From positions 160,001 to 224,000 of the forward strand of contig JAZDKB010000015.1 in assembly GCA_043803405.1 (NCBI GenBank): a DNA stretch of 64,000 nt, read 5' to 3'. Origin of the DNA: Spirochaetota bacterium (GTDB lineage: Bacteria > Spirochaetota > UBA4802 > JAFGDQ01). Below the pieces are notes generated by a model, which searched no databases, had not been told where the DNA came from, and saw only the letters and a list, made by a program, of their open reading frames with translations. Each line of letters opens with the position of its first letter. Positions within the stretch are counted from its first letter, which is position 1. This document shows, piece by piece, positions 9,035 through 17,993 of the stretch. A program made the position numbers and the translations under genes.

Positions 9035-10131
9035 TAAAGAAAAACTTTGCTGGAAATATCATACTGCCGATCACTGTGGCAGCCCTGCTATTCGGGCTGC
9101 CGCTGCCAGTTCTCATATTATCTGGCCGACCGGTTGAAAGATACCTGGAGTTCCCACCTATAACAGATTATGCCCGACATGCAGGCTTCTCATGGACAGC
9201 GTTTGCCATTTTTACGGTTATCATACTTATCTTTGTTCTGCCCATAATAATATATTTTATAAAATACCTTGCAGCCTCCCGGATGGAGCATCAGCCTTCG
9301 CCAGGCTGCAGGCTGCCATGGTGGGGCAAGCTCGGCATTTTCGCAATGCTTCTCTTCTGGATAATCGCGTGGGGGCAGTTTGAAATATTCGGAAAGATCG
9401 GCAGGCATACGTTCTTTCCCCTGTGGCTTTCCTTTATAGCTGTTGTAAACTCGCTGCAATATGCAAGGACCGGAGCCTGCTTAATGACAGATCAAACGCG
9501 GAAGTTCATTCTGCTGTTTCCTGCAAGCTCGGTATTCTGGTGGTACTTTGAATATATAAACGGCTTCACTCAAAACTGGTATTATGTAGGTGCAGACTAC
9601 AGCCCTATGGTCTTTTTTGTGCTTTCGACAATTGCTTTTTCCACAGTGCTGCCTGCTGTTTCCAGCATTAACAGCCTGCTGCTCTCCTTCCCGTGTATAT
9701 CGAAAGGATTCAGCGGTATAATAAAAGTAAACTTCTCTGGTTCAATGATCCCTGCTTTAATGATACTGGTTATTTCATGTTCGGCCTTGCTTTTGATAGG
9801 AACATACCCGGATTATCTTTTCCCGTTTGTCTGGGTCAGTCCGTTCCTGATAATAGTTTCATTGCAGGCATTCTTAAGTGAGAAACACATATTCTCGGAT
9901 GCTGCTGACGGAGTCTGGGCAGGCGTTGTCTCTGCGGCTCTGGCTGCTCTTGTCTGCGGACTCTTCTGGGAAATGTGGAACTTCTACAGCCTGCCTAAAT
10001 GGCAGTACTCGGTTCCTCTCGTACACAGATTCCTGATATTCGAAATGCCTGTTCTCGGTTTCTCGGGTTATTTGCCGTTCGGGTTATTGTGCGTATCCGT
10101 AAGCAGAATGATCGGGATAAGGTTTGAATAA
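9031..10131 (+). CDS. Polytopic integral membrane protein of unknown function
   Basis: About 10 hydrophobic segments; FWWYFEYIN..NWYY and GLFWEMWNFYS..KWQY..FEMPVLGFSGYLPF motifs; ATGA overlap with the upstream gene. Confidence 0.75.
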   Translation: MIKKNFAGNIILPITVAALLFGLPLPVLILSGRPVERYLEFPPITDYARHAGFSWTAFAIFTVIILIFVLPIIIYFIKYLAASRMEHQPSPGCRLPWWGKLGIFAMLLFWIIAWGQFEIFGKIGRHTFFPLWLSFIAVVNSLQYARTGACLMTDQTRKFILLFPASSVFWWYFEYINGFTQNWYYVGADYSPMVFFVLSTIAFSTVLPAVSSINSLLLSFPCISKGFSGIIKVNFSGSMIPALMILVISCSALLLIGTYPDYLFPFVWVSPFLIIVSLQAFLSEKHIFSDAADGVWAGVVSAALAALVCGLFWEMWNFYSLPKWQYSVPLVHRFLIFEMPVLGFSGYLPFGLLCVSVSRMIGIRFE

Positions 10132-10155
10132 GAATATATCTTGCTAGATGATTCT

Positions 10156-10272
10156 TAAATGAGCTAATAGAATAATATCTATGGAGCAGGCGACAGGAAG
10201 TCGCCGGAACTGCGTAAAACAGGATGTTTTTTACGAAGTTCCGAAATAGATATTATTCTATTAGCTCATTTA
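10156..10272 (+). repeat. MITE-like element: perfect 27-bp inverted repeats enclosing two GGA-loop hairpins
   Basis: taaatgagctaatagaataatatctat (10156-10182) and its reverse complement (10246-10272); interior ggcgac-aggaa-gtcgcc and ggaact..aaaac-aggat-gtttt..agttcc. Confidence 0.85.
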
Positions 10273-10334
10273 TAGCACAATTAAAGATCTACTGAATTCA
10301 GTATATTGGGCGAATGATTATTCGCCCATACAAG

Positions 10335-11399
10335 CTACACCTCAATCAAACTGTAATCCACACTCCCGAACTTAAGCTCGCGGGAATAATCAAGCTGAAA
10401 CCGGTATGGAATATTGTGCGCCATATCGGAGAACTTCTGTCCGGACCGCTGTTCAATAAGATCAAGGGAAGCCGCATCAGCAGCTACAGGATCGCGGGAG
10501 ATCACAACGCCGATATCCGGCATTATCTTTTTAAAGCTGTCCATGCAGTCGCAGTCTTTTGAAATGCGGGTCAGCATATTTATATAAATAGATTTACCCT
10601 TATAGAGTTCATAAACGCCCATAGCATGCTCAACGACCTTCTTCTGAAGCACTTCGTAAGTTGCGCCCCAGTTGTACTGAACAGCATCAAAACGGCATAT
10701 TGCAAGGCACTGGCCGCAGCCTATGCACTTTTCCTTATCGATGTCGGCAGTCTCCTCGCCGAGCGTTATAGCGTTTTCAGGGCACCACTTGGCGCACATA
10801 CCGCACAATGTGCACTTCTTTTTGTTGATCTTAGGCTTCGCGTTGGAATGCTGATCCAGTTTCCCTTTGCGGCTGGAACAGCCCATGCCCATATTTTTCA
10901 AAGCAGCACCGAATCCGGCAGCCAGGTGACCGGTAAAATGAGATACTAATACAAGCGCGTTGCACTTTGCCAAAAGCGCAGCTATTTTAACTGACTTGTA
11001 TATTTTGCCATTGATCGGGACTTCATATTCATCGTCCCCGAAAAGTCCGTCAGCCATGATGATCGGCATACCGGTCGAGTCAATGCGGAATCCCTGTGCA
11101 CTGGCATGAAGAAGATGCCTTATCGCATTATTCCTGTTCCCTTTATAAAGCGTGGATGTCTCTGTCAGGAAAGGTACACCGCCTTTTTTCCTGATTAAGT
11201 CTCCGAGCATTTTAAAATATACGGGACGTACATAACCCAGCCCCGCGACTTCCCCGAAATGCGTCTTTACTGCTGTAACGTCACGTTTATTAATTATATC
11301 CAGCAGGTTTTCCGAACTGAGAAGTCCTTCGAGCTTTCCGCATAAAACAGCGTCATCATCATTATCATTAGCTTTTAATAAATAAACCTTTTCGCTCAT
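10335..11399 (-). CDS. DUF362 domain iron-sulfur protein (2x[4Fe-4S])
   Basis: AVKTHFGE, SHFTGH..GFGAALKNMGMGC, two CxxCxxCxxxC motifs, DCDC and DPVAADAAS. Confidence 0.9.
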   Translation of the reverse strand: MSEKVYLLKANDNDDDAVLCGKLEGLLSSENLLDIINKRDVTAVKTHFGEVAGLGYVRPVYFKMLGDLIRKKGGVPFLTETSTLYKGNRNNAIRHLLHASAQGFRIDSTGMPIIMADGLFGDDEYEVPINGKIYKSVKIAALLAKCNALVLVSHFTGHLAAGFGAALKNMGMGCSSRKGKLDQHSNAKPKINKKKCTLCGMCAKWCPENAITLGEETADIDKEKCIGCGQCLAICRFDAVQYNWGATYEVLQKKVVEHAMGVYELYKGKSIYINMLTRISKDCDCMDSFKKIMPDIGVVISRDPVAADAASLDLIEQRSGQKFSDMAHNIPYRFQLDYSRELKFGSVDYSLIEV

Positions 11400-11406
11400 A
11401 ATCCCC

Positions 11407-12048
11407 CTACCTTATAATAAACTTATGTAATATCAAATAAGCGCATGCGCCTGTAATAATTAAAAAGACCGCGCCAATAACTATATATAAATATATATCA
11501 GGCCTGTTTTCTATTTCTGCCGAGCCGGAGCCGGCTGCCACTGCTGTAATTAATTTATCCTCTTTGTTAACGATAGTTTCGATTTTACCTTCCGGTTTCT
11601 TTTGCTTAATTTTCTCCGTCTTTCTGCGCTCGGCATTGGAAGTTACTCCTGATTTGCTTTTCTCTTTAGATTTAAAATGACTGTTATGATACTCCCATAA
11701 AACTTCCTTTTCAGTTTTACTCAGATTCTTTAATCCTTCATACTCGTTAAATTTGACTTCCTTTCCTGCATTTATCCTTTGCTTTGCCCAAGTAAGGTAA
11801 TCGTTTTTTAGCTGAATAACTCTTTTCTGATAATTAATATCCTCGCTTATCCATTTCTTTACATAGTCCTTCTTTTCATCTTTGTAAATCCCTTTTTTAA
11901 AATCCTGGTTCTGTTTTCTTTTAATATCCTCATAATGCTTGTATTGTTTCTGCGGCTCGCCGTTATCTTCATTATCTGCACTTAACTGATTGTTAAAATA
12001 CAGTAATATAATAAACAATAGGGTAAGATATTTTCTAATTCTTCTCAT
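11407..12048 (-). CDS. Hypothetical exported protein with a C-terminal membrane anchor
   Basis: N-terminal signal peptide, Lys/Glu-rich body, C-terminal TM helix. Confidence 0.6.
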   Translation of the reverse strand: MRRIRKYLTLLFIILLYFNNQLSADNEDNGEPQKQYKHYEDIKRKQNQDFKKGIYKDEKKDYVKKWISEDINYQKRVIQLKNDYLTWAKQRINAGKEVKFNEYEGLKNLSKTEKEVLWEYHNSHFKSKEKSKSGVTSNAERRKTEKIKQKKPEGKIETIVNKEDKLITAVAAGSGSAEIENRPDIYLYIVIGAVFLIITGACAYLILHKFIIR

Positions 12049-12167
12049 TGTATCTGGCCGGGATTTTGATTAGTTTGCTCCATTATTCGCCGGTTATAAA
12101 ATAATTTCAATTGTATTATTGTCCTGATGAACAAGCTAATTATAAAAAGCTATGGAGGCGTATTATT

Positions 12168-13250
12168 TTAATGAGGCAGCCCTTTGTAACTATGCATCAT
12201 TTTCGGCCTGCTGCCCGGCGAGTAACGAATGGTTCTGCCTATGGAGAGGATTTCCTTTTCCAGGTTACTCATAATCTCTGCAGCAGAAGCGACATCAATT
12301 CTGCCGGGGTAAATATCGTACCGGCTTTTATATATATCGGGTGTAAAGTCCGGCATAACAACATTTGCGCCAGCCTGCAATGCGTGGAGACGTCCGTGCT
12401 TGTGCATGGTCCCGAGCGCGGTCGTTGCCGGAATGTTCGTGTTGCGGGTGAGCAGACGTGCAACAGCCAGGACACGCAAAGTGAGCTCGTTATCGTCATT
12501 TTCAATACCGGCGAGCGGAGTATCCGGATGAGCGACAAAAGGCCCGATCCCCAGCATATCGGCATCAAGTTCCTTCATAAGCAGCAGATCATCTGCCAGT
12601 ATTTCGTAAGTCTGGCCGGGAAGGCCAACCATGTTTCCCGTGCCTGTTTCAAATCCAAGCTGTTTCAGCGAACGCAGACATTGCAGCCGTTTATCCATCT
12701 GGCAGCCTGGACGCAGAAACTTGTATAATTCATAAGAAGCTGTTTCATGTTTTAGAAGATAACGTGTTGCGCCCGCCTGCTTAAATGCCTGTAGTTCTTC
12801 AAAACTTCTCTCGCCTATGGAGAGCGTAATAATTAGGCCTGTTTCGCATATAATTCGTTCTATCAAACTGCATATTTTTTCTGTGGTATAGAAGGCGTCC
12901 TCGCCTGATTGCAGCACTACTGTAGGTATGTGCATCTTCTTTATTTCGAGCGCAGCAGCAAGAATTTCATCATCAGTCATCCGGTAGCGGCTTAAACCGG
13001 AATTGGCCTTGCGAAGCCCGCAGTAAAGGCAGTTGCGTTCGCAATAATTGGAGAACTCAATAATGCCGCGAAGATAAATCTCATCACCCATCTGCTTCTT
13101 TCTTACCCTGTCAGCGGCAGAGAACAGATCGGTAGAGTAATCCCTGTGCAGTGTTAGAAGCCCGACAATATCATCACGATCCAAATCATTGCCTGATTCT
13201 GCTTTAATCAACAGATCTTCGATCTCCTCTGATGTAAAAAAATCCTTCAC
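12168..13250 (-). CDS. hydE: [FeFe]-hydrogenase H-cluster radical SAM maturase HydE
   Basis: RGIIEFSNYCERNCLYCG, VLQSGED, RYLLKHET, GIGPFVAHPDTP, C-terminal YDIYPG; adjacent to hydF. Confidence 0.92.
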   Translation of the reverse strand: MKDFFTSEEIEDLLIKAESGNDLDRDDIVGLLTLHRDYSTDLFSAADRVRKKQMGDEIYLRGIIEFSNYCERNCLYCGLRKANSGLSRYRMTDDEILAAALEIKKMHIPTVVLQSGEDAFYTTEKICSLIERIICETGLIITLSIGERSFEELQAFKQAGATRYLLKHETASYELYKFLRPGCQMDKRLQCLRSLKQLGFETGTGNMVGLPGQTYEILADDLLLMKELDADMLGIGPFVAHPDTPLAGIENDDNELTLRVLAVARLLTRNTNIPATTALGTMHKHGRLHALQAGANVVMPDFTPDIYKSRYDIYPGRIDVASAAEIMSNLEKEILSIGRTIRYSPGSRPKMMHSYKGLPH

Positions 13251-13295
13251 TATTTTCTCTGTGTTCTAAAATAACTATAATGTATGAGCTCTAGA

Positions 13296-14549
13296 TCATA
13301 TTTTCTTTTTTTGTATTTCTTTCTCAATTGCCATAAGTGCCGACGGGAAACATTCCAGGCTGCGTTTAAGAACGCCCTGTAAAAACGATATAGCAACTCC
13401 GTAATTGGTAACCGGTACACCGGCTTCCTGCGCCTTGCGCATCCGGCTCAGCATCTCTCGGCGATTAAGCATACATGCGCCGCAATGAATTATCAGTTTA
13501 TATTCTTTTAGATTATCGGGATAATCGCGGCCTGCGGAAACATCGATCTGGAGTTCCCCGCCGGCATACTGACGCAGCCAGCGCGGAATCTTTACCCGCC
13601 CTATGTCGTCCTCAAGCGCGTGATGAGAACATGCTTCGGAGATCAGAACCTTGTCGCCCGGCTTTAAATGTTCGATGGCCGCAGCGCCGGCAGCCATTGC
13701 AGGAAGGTCCGATTTCTGCCTGGCAAACAGAATTGAGAAGGTTGTTACCGGAATATTCTTCGGTACATCGGCTGTCACCTTTAGTATTGCCTGCGAATCG
13801 GTAACTACTACCGATGGCGGAATTTTGAGATTGGCCAGTGTTGCGGACAATTCTCTTTCTTTAACTACAATGGCTGAAGCGTCATTATCAAGTATATCGC
13901 GTATTGTCTGCACCTGGGGAAGTATTAGCCTGCCTTTTGGCGCCTGTAAATCAATAGGAACAACCAGCACTGCAAAACCGCCCGGCGGCAGCAAGTCGCC
14001 GATGAGAGACGGAGTTGCAATAAAATCCGCAGGAGCAACCTCAAGCAATTGATGTTTCAACTCTTCCAGATACACTTCCCTGCCTGCCTGCTCCGTGCAT
14101 GAAACCAGCAAAACACGGCTGATTTTCTGTTTAACAAGTTTAAGGAATTCATCCGTAGGCGAATGCAGATCAACTTTATTGATAACCATCAGCATGGGTA
14201 TATTGCGCTCGGTTGACTCTTTAACAACATGTTCCTCATAATCAGTCCATATACCGGCTTCGCCTACCAGAATAATCACATCCGCGTGATCGAACACGGT
14301 TGCGGTTTTCTTTATCCTGGCTCCGGAAAGTTCCGAAATATCGTCAAGGCCGGCAGTATCCAAAAACAGCACAGGCCCCAGGGGCAGCAACTCCATTGCT
14401 TTTTCAACAATATCGGTTGTCGTGCCTGCAACCGGGGATGTTATGGCAATATCCTGTCCCAGCATCAGATTCATAAGGCTGGACTTGCCGACATTGGTCC
14501 GGCCAAGCAGGGCAATGTGCAGACGATTTGCTTTCGGTGTTTTATCCAT
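13296..14549 (-). CDS. hydF: [FeFe]-hydrogenase maturation GTPase HydF (start 14549, or 14564)
   Basis: GRTNVGKS, DTAG, NKVD, APKGRLILPQVQ, ACSHH and HCGAC motifs. Confidence 0.96.
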   Translation of the reverse strand: MDKTPKANRLHIALLGRTNVGKSSLMNLMLGQDIAITSPVAGTTTDIVEKAMELLPLGPVLFLDTAGLDDISELSGARIKKTATVFDHADVIILVGEAGIWTDYEEHVVKESTERNIPMLMVINKVDLHSPTDEFLKLVKQKISRVLLVSCTEQAGREVYLEELKHQLLEVAPADFIATPSLIGDLLPPGGFAVLVVPIDLQAPKGRLILPQVQTIRDILDNDASAIVVKERELSATLANLKIPPSVVVTDSQAILKVTADVPKNIPVTTFSILFARQKSDLPAMAAGAAAIEHLKPGDKVLISEACSHHALEDDIGRVKIPRWLRQYAGGELQIDVSAGRDYPDNLKEYKLIIHCGACMLNRREMLSRMRKAQEAGVPVTNYGVAISFLQGVLKRSLECFPSALMAIEKEIQKKKI

Positions 14550-15924
14550 TGTTTTTATATCCAAGCGCTGTTAATGCAAAAGGAGCAAGGCATTTATCGA
14601 CGATTTCCTTTCCAAGTTTCTGCTCCAGAAAATTCCGCATGTTCTTTTCGCTGCCGGCGGAGAATTCGTTAATCAAGTCTGTCGCGTGTTCATATCCGAT
14701 TACAGGCAGAAAAGCCGTAATTATCATTCTGCTGTGATTAAAATATTCTTCGCACTTCGATTTATCGGCAACAATATTTTTTACGTGATCCGTTAATAGC
14801 GTATTGATATTTATCAGCAAGTCCAGAGACTCAAGAATAGAATCTGCCAAAAGTGGAAGAAATTCATTTATCTGCTGTGTACCGCGGGCTGCCGCATCCG
14901 TAATTATCGCGTCGTTCGCGATCACTTTTATTCCTACCTGAACAACCGCTTCAGCCATCACAGGATTTACTTTGCCCGGCATAACGGATGAGCCTGCCTG
15001 CAGTTCCGGAAGATGAATTTCGCCAAGAAAGTTCATCAGGCGCAGATCGTTTGCAATCTTTATCAGGTTAACTGCGTGAGCCTTAAGGATACCGGAAACC
15101 TCAACGAATGAATCGGCATGCGCCGTTTCTGCCATCACGTTCTCCCCGCGTGATAGCCCCAGCCCGGTAACATCCCGTAATTTTTCATTAACCAGAAAAA
15201 TATAATTGCGCGGAGCAGTAAGTCCGGTCCCGACTGCCGTTCCTCCAAGATTTATTACCCGCAGGCGTTCTTCGCATTTAAACGTCCTCCAGCGGTCCCT
15301 GGATATGGCCTCTGCAAATGCGGAAAATTCCGCGCCAAGAGTGATCGGCACTGCTTCCTGCAATTCCGTCCTTCCGAGTTTAACAATGCCTGCGAAGGCC
15401 TTTTCTTTTTCCTGGAATGCTCCCTGCAAGTGAGAAACAGCGTCTGCCAGAATACGCAAACGATAAATTGATGCTATTTTGATTGCGGTTGGATAAACAT
15501 CGTTCGTAGACTGATGAAGATTTACATCCTCCAGAGGATGGACAACAGCATAATCTCCTTTTTGCCCGCCAAGCAGTTCAATAGCGCGGTTTGCAATAAC
15601 CTCATTGATATTCATATTGGTAGAGGTCCCGGCTCCGCCCTGTAAAGCATCTACCGGGAACTGATCGGCCATCAAACCCGATGCGATCTCCGTACAGGCT
15701 TCTTCTATTGCATGGGCTTTTTCAGCAGGCAGAAATCCGGTTTCCGCATTTGCCATACAGCAGGCTTTTTTAACCAAAGCAAGGGCTTTAATGAGCGATT
15801 GATTTGTGAATTTCCCGCTGATACGGAAATTGTCAATTGCGCGTTTTGTATGAATTCCCCAATATACATTACGAGGGATTACCAGTTCGCCCAATAAATC
15901 TTTTTCTTTTCTTTGATCTGTCAT
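14542..15924 (-). CDS. aspA: Aspartate ammonia-lyase (fumarase/aspartase family), hydrogenase-maturase-associated
   Basis: QGGAGTSTNMN, QSTNDVYPTA and GSSVMPGKVNP signature. Confidence 0.88.
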   Translation of the reverse strand: MTDQRKEKDLLGELVIPRNVYWGIHTKRAIDNFRISGKFTNQSLIKALALVKKACCMANAETGFLPAEKAHAIEEACTEIASGLMADQFPVDALQGGAGTSTNMNINEVIANRAIELLGGQKGDYAVVHPLEDVNLHQSTNDVYPTAIKIASIYRLRILADAVSHLQGAFQEKEKAFAGIVKLGRTELQEAVPITLGAEFSAFAEAISRDRWRTFKCEERLRVINLGGTAVGTGLTAPRNYIFLVNEKLRDVTGLGLSRGENVMAETAHADSFVEVSGILKAHAVNLIKIANDLRLMNFLGEIHLPELQAGSSVMPGKVNPVMAEAVVQVGIKVIANDAIITDAAARGTQQINEFLPLLADSILESLDLLININTLLTDHVKNIVADKSKCEEYFNHSRMIITAFLPVIGYEHATDLINEFSAGSEKNMRNFLEQKLGKEIVDKCLAPFALTALGYKNNG

Positions 15925-16094
15925 TGCAATTATTTACTCATTTTAACTCACTTCTTTATTAAAAAATAAGCCGCTTATTGACCCGGCATGAATCCAAAAA
16001 CAAATATATATTGAATTCATCTCCGGATCAATAAACACTGATTTTATCGATACTGTAAAAATAAAAGTCAACTAACTTGAGTAATTAAATTAAT

Positions 16095-16131
16095 AAAAAA
16101 AAGAGGTTTGCCGGTTAAGGTCAAACCTCTT
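16095..16131 (-). terminator. Intrinsic terminator downstream of hydA
   Basis: 10-bp stem aagaggtttg/caaacctctt with a U-tract on the minus strand. Confidence 0.8.
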
Positions 16132-16151
16132 CTTTCCTGTGATCCTATACC

Positions 16152-17930
16152 TTATCCCAACAATCCATTCTCGTCCAGTTTTTTATGAGGCATATCTGTG
16201 CCTCTTTTTTTGTACTTAGTGTGAAGCAGTTTATGTGATTTATGTCCCAAAGGTTCTTTCAGGAATTTCTCATAGAGCTTCTTGACCGACTCATTTTCAT
16301 GAGACTGACGATGTTTCTGAACTTTACCATCGTCCGCATATAGAGCTAACGAACGTTTTTTGCGTATCTCGTTGTTTGTCGGAATCGGTTCGCCGCCGCC
16401 GGAAATACATCCGCCCGGGCAGCACATTACTTCAATAAATGCGTAACTTGCTTTGCCTGCGCGGATAAGATCCATCAGTTTACGCGCGTTCCCGAGACCG
16501 TGAGCTACAGCAAACTTGACATCACCGAGAGGGCCAACTTTAACAGTGGCTTCTTTAATGCCTTCAAGGCCGCGAACAGGTGTTATATCCAGACTAGGCA
16601 GATTCTCTCCTGTTACAACTGCGTATACAGTACGCAAAGCTGCTTCCATAACACCGCCTGTTGCTCCGAATATCGTTGCTGCTCCTGTATATTCTCCCAT
16701 CGGCGCATCATAGTCCTCATCTTTCAGATTCAGGAAATCAATGCCGCCTTCTTTTATCATGCGGCCTAATTCTCTTGTGGTTAAAACAAAATCCACATCG
16801 CGGAATCCGCTGCTGTCCATTTCTTCACGATTGCATTCTGTTTTCTTGGCTGTGCAAGGCATAATGGAAACGGAAACTATATTTTTCGGATCAATTCCTG
16901 CTGTTTCAGCATAATATGTCTTTGCAAGAGCGCCGAACATCTGCTGAGGCGATTTGCAGGTAGACAGATGATCAAGCAGATCCGGATAAAAATGTTCGCA
17001 GAATTTAATCCAGCCCGGGCTGCACGAAGTGATCATCGGCAGCTTGCCGCCTTCTTTAACTCTCTTCAGCAATTCATTGCCTTCTTCTATGATTGTAAGA
17101 TCTGCGGTAAAGTTGGTATCGAATACCTTATCAAACCCGAGACGACGCAAAGCTGCAATCATTTTGCCTGTTACAAGACTGCCCGGCTCCATACCGAATT
17201 CTTCGCCAAGTGCTGCGCGAATAGCCGGCGCTTCCTGAACAATTACATGTTTTGTCGGATCATTTAAAGCTTTCCAAACTTCATTAACATCATCTTTTTC
17301 GTAAAGCGCCCCAACCGGGCAAACAAGGATACACTGTCCGCAGCCAACGCAATTTGATTCTACCAGCGGCAGATTAAACGCCGGTGATACCTTTACATCG
17401 CTTCCGCGATACGCCGGAGTTAAAACGCTGACAGTCTGAATTTTATCGCATACCTCCACGCAACGGTGACATTGAATACATTTTCTGCTGTCTCTTACAA
17501 TCGAAGGGCTTGAATAGTCAATTACTCCTTCTTTCGGGAACTGAGTATAATCAAAACGGACTTCTCTCAACCCGACAAATTCAGCAACTTTCTGCAAATC
17601 GCAATTCCCGTTTCTTACACAAAAGTTGCATTCCTGTGGATGATTTGCCAGAAGCAGCTCTACTACCATTTTTCTCGCTTTTCTGACTTTCTCAGTATTT
17701 GTATGTATAACCATCCCTTCTGTAACAGGAAAAACGCATGATGCAACCAGGCTGCGCTGTCCGTCAACTTCGCTCATGCAAACGCGGCAAGCTCCCGGTT
17801 TATGGTTGAGTTCCTGCCAGGCACAAAGCGTAGGGATTTTAACCCCCGCCTTGTTTGCAGCTTCTAAAACAGTAGAACCTGTCTCAACCGCAACTTTTAT
17901 ATTATCAATGGTTACATTAACATTCGACAT
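16152..17930 (-). CDS. hydA: [FeFe]-hydrogenase catalytic subunit, group A multimeric (HydA/HndD); ATG at 17930 after an AAGGAG SD
   Basis: N-terminal 2Fe-2S, HxxxCxxCxxxxxC and 2x[4Fe-4S]; H-cluster motifs TSCSPGW, MPCTAKKTE and EVMCCPGGCISGGGEP. Confidence 0.96.
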   Translation of the reverse strand: MSNVNVTIDNIKVAVETGSTVLEAANKAGVKIPTLCAWQELNHKPGACRVCMSEVDGQRSLVASCVFPVTEGMVIHTNTEKVRKARKMVVELLLANHPQECNFCVRNGNCDLQKVAEFVGLREVRFDYTQFPKEGVIDYSSPSIVRDSRKCIQCHRCVEVCDKIQTVSVLTPAYRGSDVKVSPAFNLPLVESNCVGCGQCILVCPVGALYEKDDVNEVWKALNDPTKHVIVQEAPAIRAALGEEFGMEPGSLVTGKMIAALRRLGFDKVFDTNFTADLTIIEEGNELLKRVKEGGKLPMITSCSPGWIKFCEHFYPDLLDHLSTCKSPQQMFGALAKTYYAETAGIDPKNIVSVSIMPCTAKKTECNREEMDSSGFRDVDFVLTTRELGRMIKEGGIDFLNLKDEDYDAPMGEYTGAATIFGATGGVMEAALRTVYAVVTGENLPSLDITPVRGLEGIKEATVKVGPLGDVKFAVAHGLGNARKLMDLIRAGKASYAFIEVMCCPGGCISGGGEPIPTNNEIRKKRSLALYADDGKVQKHRQSHENESVKKLYEKFLKEPLGHKSHKLLHTKYKKRGTDMPHKKLDENGLLG

Positions 17931-17993
17931 AAAATAAATCTCCTTATATTTACCCCGCAGCACAAAACCCTGCGGGGTAATTCTTTGCATTAT

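Noticed and set aside
12168..13250. BioB or PylB instead of HydE
   Set aside because: The position next to hydF and the C-terminal YxxYPG motif favour HydE; there are no pyl or bio operon genes adjacent.
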